From assembly GCA_008080745.1 (NCBI GenBank), contig SHMX01000010.1, positions 1 through 32,000 of the forward strand: a stretch of DNA of 32,000 bases, read 5' to 3'. The position numbers and the translations under genes were made by a program. Below, in pieces: positions 9,901-16,499 of this stretch (position 1 is its first letter; each line of letters opens with the position of its first letter). The DNA comes from Candidatus Thorarchaeota archaeon. Its GTDB lineage: Archaea; Asgardarchaeota; Thorarchaeia; Thorarchaeales; Thorarchaeaceae. A model generated the notes under the pieces. That model was not told where the DNA came from, did no database searches, and saw only the letters and a program-made list of their open reading frames with translations.

Positions 9901-10354
9901 TGATCAGATTCTTGCACAAATTAGAACTGCTCTGAAGGATATGCCCGCAAGTCAACCTCGTATTCTTACGATTCTTTGCAATTGGTGTAGTTATGCCGGT
10001 GCCGATAGTGCTGGAGTATCACGCTTCCAGCAACCTACAACCGTTCGAGATATCCGTGTGATGTGTACAGGTCGAGTCAGTGTGACCCATATTCTTGAGG
10101 CATTCCGATTGGGTGCTGATATGGTCTGGATTTCTGGTTGTCACTTTGGTGACTGTCATTATGTTGATGGCAATGTGTCCTTTGAAAGACGATATTCTAT
10201 CGCAAAGAAGATCATCGAAAAAGCTGGTCTTGAATCCGAGCGTCTTCAATTCACACAAATCAGTGCAAGTGAAGGCCCCATCTGGGCTGACACTGTCAAG
10301 AAACTTTCAGAGATTGCAGAGAAATTGGGTCCCAGCCCATTACGAGCCAAATAG
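6908..10354 (+). CDS. hdrA: Double-flavin-module HdrA fused to C-terminal MvhD
   Basis: Two GxGxxG FAD modules (IGAGIAG, IGGGLSG), ferredoxin motifs, GVFICSCG..CS..SCTP..NIREHCSW, CVGSR..CSRICC. C-terminal MvhD CNWCSY..MCTGR..GCHFGDCHY. ATG 6908 follows GGAGTGA; the ORF track starts at 6872. Confidence 0.95.
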   Translation: MADASAKPVVIIGAGIAGIRAALDLADMGVKVYMVEKEPSIGGHMAQLDKTFPTLDCSMCIMGPWMVDCSRHPNIEILAYSEVTDVTGKQGDFQVTVLKHTRRVDPEKCTGCGDCERVCPIEVPNEYDMGLKMRKATYIPFPQAVPNIATIDIENCIQCMTCVKSCKAEAINFDLPDESIVINAGSIILATGYKLLDASTVPEYGYGRYPNVVSALEYERMVSASGPTSGIVMRPSDGREPQRIAFIQCVGSRDVNHCAYCSRICCTYATKEAIITKEHTPDVHIDILYNDMRAFGKGFEEFLVRGENEYGINYLKGLPSEIFEDPATRDLLIRHSDAKGHDVLEDRYDLVVLCPAMIPNANDELLETLGIKVDDYGFVPGPDSIESVATTVPGIHMCGAVNRPKDIPDSVAQGSAAAALATLDITIPKSETEALSEGDLELMAAEPRVGVFICSCGINIAGTVDVDEVTEYAGTLPDVVFSENLLYSCSSDAQVVIKDAIKEHKLNRVVVASCTPRTHEPLFRATIEEAGLNKYLFAMANIREHCSWVHQHAKDEATVKAMDLVRMAVARSRLLEPQEEAVTEIEPSVLVIGGGLSGMAAADLIANKGYKVHLVEKEDRLGGLLNDLTTVNFDFRPTSELVYHYESLMKNNENIEMYLSSKVVQAKGSIGDFDIVIQSGKEKLELKVGVVIIATGAIQLEEKGLYGLKKIPEVMTELELNKRIDTGEGIEDGDTFAVIHCAGSREDESLEGSRTWCSSICCTIAIEHSLDLLEKYPNSRIFHLYRDLRVPYEVEDKYREARKKGIVFVRFDGDNPPIVKKGKDKAVLVEVQDQILGAQLNLDVDHVVLATAMIPREENKELSELFKVPLNMSGFFMEAHPKLRPVDFQTDGVYVAGTATAPKGIAESIAQGRGAAARALIPLARGIRKAEAIVSVVDPEVCVGCGTCEINCAYNAIEVVPGDGSHDYAVPNPVLCQGCGKCAAGCPAGAITMKHFTDDQILAQIRTALKDMPASQPRILTILCNWCSYAGADSAGVSRFQQPTTVRDIRVMCTGRVSVTHILEAFRLGADMVWISGCHFGDCHYVDGNVSFERRYSIAKKIIEKAGLESERLQFTQISASEGPIWADTVKKLSEIAEKLGPSPLRAK

Positions 10355-10370
10355 ACCCAAAAAGATCTAT

Positions 10371-10707
10371 GGATGGAGGGGCTCTTGCCGTTGCACAGAA
10401 CTTGGACAAAGTTGGACCGGAGTCCTCATCTGCTGTCTGTTTCCTGCTTCATCGAGGCTGCATCACTGGTCACAGAGGACTGGTGATGTCTTACTTCCTC
10501 TTCACAGGCGTTTTATGCCTCCGTGCAACTCACGGCGGCATACCTATCTTGGACATGATTCCTAATAAACCCCTCTTCAGATGGTCTAGGTATACACTCC
10601 CGGTGGTCGAGCTGCCGGTGCTACCGTATACAGGTCAATATATCAAAGAGTCAATTGATATATGTCCAAGATTGTCCACGTTTTGATCAGCTGTTGCATA
10701 CCCATCC
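10371..10707. mobile_element. 337-bp non-autonomous (MITE-like or recombinase-mobilised) insertion element
   Basis: Termini GGATGG...CCATCC. TCTAT direct repeat at 10366-10370 and 10708-10712. Subterminal inverted TGGACA-N3-TTGGAC repeats at 10403-10418 and 10663-10678. No recognisable enzyme ORF. Confidence 0.65.
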
Positions 10708-10734
10708 TCTATAATTTTTCATTACCTCAGTAAG

Positions 10735-10788
10735 TTATTTCTTTGGTTTTGGTTTCTTGTCCTTCTTTCCCTTCTTGTCCTTTGCCAT
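10735..10788 (-). CDS. Putative 17-aa Lys-rich small protein MAKDKKGKKDKKPKPKK
   Basis: ATG preceded by a strong GAGGTGA SD with 5-nt spacing, TAA stop. Lies in otherwise empty intergenic space, convergent on hdrA. Confidence 0.55.
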   Translation of the reverse strand: MAKDKKGKKDKKPKPKK

Positions 10789-11178
10789 TTGATTCACCTC
10801 TGTGGCTGTTATGAGATAACTATCCTGAGATATGTTTACAATCAATATACTTGAAGGCTGACTGTACACATGCCTCGCCACACTATTCAAATTTAGAATG
10901 TTATACGCTTTCCTATTCAAATTAAAGGTGCTATTTCGACTTTAGAAATGATTTTGAATCATCAATGATACACTGGTGAATATTTTGGTAATTTCAAAAT
11001 CCGTATTCGATGACAGAGGTTTATGATGACTCCAAAAGCACATCTAAGTACAATTGAAGAAGAATATGTGAGTCACTTAGGATGGAGAACTTTCCCGTCC
11101 TCTATATTTACTGCCGTGACGCTATTGATATAAGTGGTTCATTCATCATCAGAGCTTTGAAGGCTAGCGGTGAAAATC

Positions 11179-11697
11179 ATGACCGAAACTTGGGGTCAAT
11201 TCAAATCATTTGAAGGAAAGCAATTCAAAACCTTTGACGCTGAATTTACACAGAAGGTCTCAAATCTTCTGGGTGGACAAGATCTTACTGCTTGTTTTCA
11301 GTGTGCAAAATGTAGTGCTGGTTGCCCAGTAAGCGACAAGGTGAATATCCAAGTACACGAACTAATGAGGATGCTTCTCTTTGGCCTGGAAGAGGTCTTA
11401 GAAACTGATATGGTTTGGTTATGTACAACTTGTTATACCTGTCAAGAACGTTGTCCACAAGGCATTGATATCACAGACATAATTTTTGGACTGAAGAACA
11501 TGGCTTTTCAAAAAGGTATAACCCCTGCAGGCTACATCAGTGCTCGACAGTCATTATATGACAAGGGAAGACTATATGAACCAACTGACTGGGAACGTGA
11601 AGACTTGGAGCTTGATGATGTACCTGAGCTAGACGTCAACGAGATCAAAAAGATGTTAGAGTCCACGAAACTTATGAAATTACAGGAGACTGAATAG
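11179..11697 (+). CDS. hdrC: Heterodisulfide reductase subunit C-like (copy 3, more divergent)
   Basis: CFQCAKCSAGCP and WLCTTCYTCQERCP. ATG 11179 follows GGTGA; the ORF track starts at GTG 11170. Confidence 0.92.
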   Translation: MTETWGQFKSFEGKQFKTFDAEFTQKVSNLLGGQDLTACFQCAKCSAGCPVSDKVNIQVHELMRMLLFGLEEVLETDMVWLCTTCYTCQERCPQGIDITDIIFGLKNMAFQKGITPAGYISARQSLYDKGRLYEPTDWEREDLELDDVPELDVNEIKKMLESTKLMKLQETE

Positions 11698-12573
11698 ATG
11701 ACTCACAGTTATGAGGTATTTCTCGGTTGTGCTATTCCCAATCGATTCAATAATTATGAATCCTCGATGCGAACCGTTGCAAAAGAACTGGATATTGAGC
11801 TTATAGACTTTGAAGGGGCATCTTGTTGTGGTACTGTTGTACTCAAGTCGATAGACGAAACTAGCTGGCTGTCAATGTCAGGTAGAAATTTAGCTTTGGC
11901 AGAGAAACGAGGTCACAATATAGTCACACCATGTAATGGTTGTTTTGGATCACTGAAGGATACTGCTCATGTACTTCACGACAATAAAGCCGAATTAAAG
12001 AAGATTAATGAAGTTCTCAAAAAACTGGGCATCGAATATAATGGAACTACAGAAGTCCGCCATTTTGTGGAGGTCCTGTACGATTTACGGGACCAAATTA
12101 AAGAAAAGATTGTACATTCCTTAGAAGGTCTAAAAGTTGCATTTCATCCAGGTTGTCACTTAATTCGTCCTTCCAATGTTGCTGGTTTTGATGATCCTGA
12201 GTTACCCAGAAAAGTTGATGAACTAATCGAGCTCACAGGTGCAAAAAGCGTTTCCTGGGGATTCAAGTTACGTTGTTGTGGTTCCCCTCTCCTAATCGCG
12301 AGTGAAGATGTTGCGAATAAGATTCTAATTGAGAAAATGGAATCTGCAAAAGAGGCTGGAGCAAACTGCATCGTTACCAACTGCCCGGCTTGTCATACCC
12401 AATTTGATGTACAGGCTTATGGTCTGAAGAACGAAGATGGGGATGTATTGGAACTTCCTGCTTTATTCATTACTCAAATACTGGGTGCCGCAATGGGTTT
12501 GGACGAAGAAAGTCTGGGATTTGAGCTGAATAGGGTATCTCTTGATTCAATCTCGGATATTTTAGGCATTTGA
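11698..12573 (+). CDS. hdrB: Heterodisulfide reductase subunit B-like (copy 3, more divergent)
   Basis: GC..SCCG..PCNGC and HPGCH..CCGSP..CPACH. Abuts hdrC. Confidence 0.93.
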   Translation: MTHSYEVFLGCAIPNRFNNYESSMRTVAKELDIELIDFEGASCCGTVVLKSIDETSWLSMSGRNLALAEKRGHNIVTPCNGCFGSLKDTAHVLHDNKAELKKINEVLKKLGIEYNGTTEVRHFVEVLYDLRDQIKEKIVHSLEGLKVAFHPGCHLIRPSNVAGFDDPELPRKVDELIELTGAKSVSWGFKLRCCGSPLLIASEDVANKILIEKMESAKEAGANCIVTNCPACHTQFDVQAYGLKNEDGDVLELPALFITQILGAAMGLDEESLGFELNRVSLDSISDILGI

Positions 12574-12582
12574 TTTCTTTAT

Positions 12583-12605
12583 AACATGTGCACAATGCAC
12601 ATGTT
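12583..12605. terminator. Perfect 10-bp inverted repeat after hdrB copy 3 (terminator/stabiliser, or operator for the kinase gene)
   Basis: AACATGTGCA-caa-TGCACATGTT, 9 nt after the stop codon. Confidence 0.45.
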
Positions 12606-12737
12606 GGATATATTTTAATAGGTTATATTATATAATATTTTAAATGCTTTCAGGATTCAACTAGAGCATGGAATAATCAAAATCTGGATATGATTTTATA
12701 TTCCTTGAAAATATGCTAAACCCTCTGGTGGATTATA

Positions 12738-15700
12738 ATGCCACAAACTAGGACGAACGAACATCACTCCATATTAGGTCGTCTTACGCCAGAGGATATT
12801 CAGGAACTTATGGCTTCCAAGGGTACAATTATGGTTTTTCTTGATCCTTCTGGGGATATTTTGGATATCAGTCCTTCAGGATGTGAATTATTAGGCTACA
12901 CAAAGTCCGAACTAGTTGGAAAAAACTGGTTCGTTACTATTGTACCTAGCTCTGTTTCCGAAAAGCTGGTTGATTCTTATGATATTATGCTTGAGCGGCG
13001 AGAGGGATGTGTTAGTGACAAATATAATCCGAAGCAATATAACCCCGTTCTAACGAAAGATGGAGAAATACGTCTTATTACTTGGCGTACTAAAATTATA
13101 ACAGACTCTGATGAAACCGTTGTGGGTTCAGTTTCCTATGGTTATGATATTACTGAGATTCGCGAGATAGAAACTACACTTAGAGCAACTGAACAGGAAC
13201 TCTCTCTCAAGAATATGATTTCGGAAGCTTTCTTGAAAATTAGCGATGATGATATCTATTCAAAGGTACTAGATATCTTACTTGAAGCAACTGGGAGCGA
13301 ATTTGGAATCTTTGGATATATTCGCGAAGATGGAGCAATGGTGTCCACTTCTATGTCCTCTGAATCTTGTGATCAATGCACTCTACCTGAAAAAGACCTA
13401 ATTTTCCCCCCTAAAAAATGGACGGGTGTTTGGGGAGAGGTGATGCGAGAGAGAAAATCTCGTATTAAGAATGAACCTAATACTGTTCCTGGTGGCCATG
13501 TGCCTATTTCTAGGTCTTTGATTGTTCCTTTAATTCATAGCGACTCACTAATTGGCGTAATAATTGTGGCAAACAAACAATCAGCCTATATTGAAGATGA
13601 CCTTAATCTTATGGGGTCTTTGGCTGAATCTATTGCACCAATTCTACATACTCGATTAGAACGCGACCGCCAGCGTGCTGCACGGGAGGTAGCAGAGAAG
13701 GAGCTCCGCACAAGTGAACAGCGATACAAGGAGCTCTATAGTAAGGCACCGGCTGGTCTAGTTCGTAGCAAGGTCGAAAGCGGAAAGATTGTTGAATGTA
13801 ATGAGAAATTGGCATTAATGCTAGGCTATGCATCCAGGGAGGAATACATTGCAACAAGCACTGCATTCGATGCATATGTTAATCCTGAGGACCGTCATCG
13901 TTTTGCGGAAATCATTCAATCCGATGGTGAAGCCCATGATTACGAAGTTCTTCTAAAACGTCGGGATGGTAGCACTTTCTGGGCTTTGATGAATGCTCAC
14001 ATAGTACCTGATTCTGATATAATTGAAACTGTTGTTATCGATATTTCTGTAGAAAAATCTGCGAAGGACCTTATTGCCTATCAAAGAGACTTTTTCAAAG
14101 CTGTTATAGATTCGCTTGCTTTGCCTTTCTATGTTATCAAAACTGATGATTTCTGTCTTGGTGTTACAAACAAAGTCGCTAATCCTGATAACTCTGAAGA
14201 TTTGCATTGCTATCAAATACTTGGTGAAACCATACCCTGCTTTGAACGAGGATTTGCTTGTCCAATGGAAAAGGTGTCTGAAACGCGGAATCCCGTTACT
14301 GTGATTCAGGAACGTGTCGATGCTGATGGCCTTCTAAAGGTATTAGAAATACATGGTCATCCAATCATTTCAGATAACGGTGATATCAAGCGTATGATTG
14401 AATATGTTGTTGATGCTACTGAAAGACACCAGAGAGAAATATTATTTCGTATTCAGAAAGATTTAGGATTTGTTCTTAGTTCGGGAATTGCACTCTCAAG
14501 CGGATTTGATGAAATTCTTGAGGCTGTTCTTCAAATTCCTGGCGTAGATTATTCCATGCTTCATTTGCCTACAGAAAACAATCAATTCATGCTTCAAGCA
14601 CATAGAGGAGTACCTGATAAACTCCTCAGCCAAGTTGAGATATTGGGTCCAGACATGACAAAACTAATTTCGAAAAAAGAGCCATGTTATACTGAGTTGT
14701 TGGATGGCCGTTCCGATATTCATTCCTCTTTGGGAATACAAGCTTCCTGCATCATCCCCCTTCTACATGATGATGAAGTGATAGCATCTTTGACTCTAGC
14801 CTCAACAATGTTGAGAATGTTTTCAGACGCAATCAAGAATACACTGGAATCTCTAGCAACTATGATAAGTGGTTTTATTGCCCGTGCTCAGGCAGAATCT
14901 GCTTTACGGGAGTCAGAGGAACGATATAGAAGCCTCTTTGAGTCGAGTAGAGATGGAATTGCTATCACTGACTTGGAGGGATACGTAGTTGATGCGAATT
15001 CTTCTTTCTTAGCAATGACGGGTTACACTTTAGAAGAACTCCAGTCTATACCTTATGATGAATTTACTCCTGCTCGTTGGAGAAACATGGAAAATGCGAT
15101 AGTACAAAATCAGGTAATGAGACGAGGATATTCAGATCCATACGAAAAGGAATACATCTGCAAAGATGGGACAATCATTCCTATTCGGATACGTGTTTGG
15201 CTTGTACTGGATGAGAATGATGAGCCCATTCGAATGTTGGCTATTGTTCGAAATATCACAGAAGAGATAAAGATAGCAGAAGAAAGAGCACTTCAAAACA
15301 GAGAACTAGAGTTGTATGCCAGTCTTCTTCATCACGATTTGGGAAACGATTTGCAGGTATTAATGACCTCTATTCAGGCGCTTCAGATGCTAGAGATAAC
15401 AGAGTCTGAATCCATAACTTGTATGATGGATTCTGCAAAGGCATCTGCTGAGAGAATGGGTCATCTGCTCAAAATTCTTGGCCGACCTGTTGATGTGGAG
15501 AATCGAATTGTAACTTTACTAGAAGATGTTGCAGAAAATGCACAAGAAGTACATCCTGGTATGAAAGTGAAAGTAACATTTGGTAAGGGTGCTCGTGACC
15601 TACGTGTCTTTGGAAGCCGCCTCCTCCCTACGGTCTTTGAAAACCTTTTGAGAAATTCCGCTCAACATGCTGGTGAACATGCAAGTGTTGAGATTACCAT

Positions 15701-15923
15701 TACAAGAATTGGTGATTTAGTTGAGATTCAACTTACAGATGATGGACCTGGTGTACCCTCCGAGCTTATTCCCCGACTCTTCCAAAAAGGGGTATCTTCA
15801 AATGACGGTGGATTTGGACTCTACTTGGCAAGACAAGTATTAGCTGTATATGATGGATCAATCGAATATGTCGCCTCAGATATTGGAGCAACTTTTTTGA
15901 TTACTCTAAAGATTGCACAATAA
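12738..15923 (+). CDS. Cytoplasmic multi-PAS/GAF sensor histidine kinase
   Basis: Repeated PAS/PAC patterns (LLGYTKSELVGK, KDGEIRLI, RRDGSTFW, KDGTIIPI) and two GAF-like segments. H-box LLHHDLGN, N-box FENLLRNS, DDGPG, GGFGL. No obvious TM helix. Confidence 0.92.
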   Translation: MPQTRTNEHHSILGRLTPEDIQELMASKGTIMVFLDPSGDILDISPSGCELLGYTKSELVGKNWFVTIVPSSVSEKLVDSYDIMLERREGCVSDKYNPKQYNPVLTKDGEIRLITWRTKIITDSDETVVGSVSYGYDITEIREIETTLRATEQELSLKNMISEAFLKISDDDIYSKVLDILLEATGSEFGIFGYIREDGAMVSTSMSSESCDQCTLPEKDLIFPPKKWTGVWGEVMRERKSRIKNEPNTVPGGHVPISRSLIVPLIHSDSLIGVIIVANKQSAYIEDDLNLMGSLAESIAPILHTRLERDRQRAAREVAEKELRTSEQRYKELYSKAPAGLVRSKVESGKIVECNEKLALMLGYASREEYIATSTAFDAYVNPEDRHRFAEIIQSDGEAHDYEVLLKRRDGSTFWALMNAHIVPDSDIIETVVIDISVEKSAKDLIAYQRDFFKAVIDSLALPFYVIKTDDFCLGVTNKVANPDNSEDLHCYQILGETIPCFERGFACPMEKVSETRNPVTVIQERVDADGLLKVLEIHGHPIISDNGDIKRMIEYVVDATERHQREILFRIQKDLGFVLSSGIALSSGFDEILEAVLQIPGVDYSMLHLPTENNQFMLQAHRGVPDKLLSQVEILGPDMTKLISKKEPCYTELLDGRSDIHSSLGIQASCIIPLLHDDEVIASLTLASTMLRMFSDAIKNTLESLATMISGFIARAQAESALRESEERYRSLFESSRDGIAITDLEGYVVDANSSFLAMTGYTLEELQSIPYDEFTPARWRNMENAIVQNQVMRRGYSDPYEKEYICKDGTIIPIRIRVWLVLDENDEPIRMLAIVRNITEEIKIAEERALQNRELELYASLLHHDLGNDLQVLMTSIQALQMLEITESESITCMMDSAKASAERMGHLLKILGRPVDVENRIVTLLEDVAENAQEVHPGMKVKVTFGKGARDLRVFGSRLLPTVFENLLRNSAQHAGEHASVEITITRIGDLVEIQLTDDGPGVPSELIPRLFQKGVSSNDGGFGLYLARQVLAVYDGSIEYVASDIGATFLITLKIAQ

Positions 15924-15928
15924 ATGAA

Positions 15929-16495
15929 TTATTTCATTTTACTCTCACCATAGAATACTTGTCCAAGCCGTTTCATTGCATCTCTAACGCATTCTTTCTT
16001 GCCACTGACTTGGAGATGACGTTCACCATCCAGAGAAACTAATACTTCACAGTCTTCAGCTATTTCTGATACTATCTCTACCGGAATTTCATCAGGCAGC
16101 TTGATTCTAAAGAATCCAACATCTTTTTCTCTGGGAATATCTGATATTGGTGTTGGTCTTTCTATGGTTTCTATTGGTCCTTCTTCTCGAATGGCGTCCA
16201 TGAAACGCTTATCCCATTCTTCTCTAGCATTAACACCTTTCTCTTTCTCAATCCATATCATGAGAACATCTCGTAAGCCTTGTAGTTTCATCTCTGTTTC
16301 TTCTTGGAGATGTGAGTCCTGTGGATCTGCCTCTTTGATGTCTTCTTCATAGGAACTGAGATATTCAATAACCATTTTGGTGTTTCGCAAATCTGCATAG
16401 GTCAAGTCTGGGATAAAGACCCCAATCTTGCTTAGCTCACCAAGTAGGTCATTCAATACCATCCAACCTGCCCGTAAGCCTTTGATTGAAATCAT
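15929..16495 (-). CDS. DUF2096-family conserved archaeal protein
   Basis: N-terminal KGL..W.VL..L..EL...G..IP and C-terminal ..EDC.V......L.V.G....V..A.K pattern, recalled for DUF2096. 4 bp from the hdrA stop. Confidence 0.7.
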   Translation of the reverse strand: MISIKGLRAGWMVLNDLLGELSKIGVFIPDLTYADLRNTKMVIEYLSSYEEDIKEADPQDSHLQEETEMKLQGLRDVLMIWIEKEKGVNAREEWDKRFMDAIREEGPIETIERPTPISDIPREKDVGFFRIKLPDEIPVEIVSEIAEDCEVLVSLDGERHLQVSGKKECVRDAMKRLGQVFYGESKMK

Positions 16496-16499
16496 AATA

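Noticed and set aside
10408-10435. Hammerhead-like CAGATGA-GGAC-tccg-GTCC on the minus strand, and CTGAAGAG near 10573
   Set aside because: The invariant CUGANGA/GAAA core is incomplete (no GAAA after stem II).
10369-10686. 105-aa plus-strand ORF spanning the inserted element
   Set aside because: No transposase or other motif. The sequence is better explained by repeats and hairpins, though expression is not excluded.
11023-11075. ATGATGA..TTGAAGA C/D-box-like sRNA
   Set aside because: No CTGA D or D' boxes at proper spacing.
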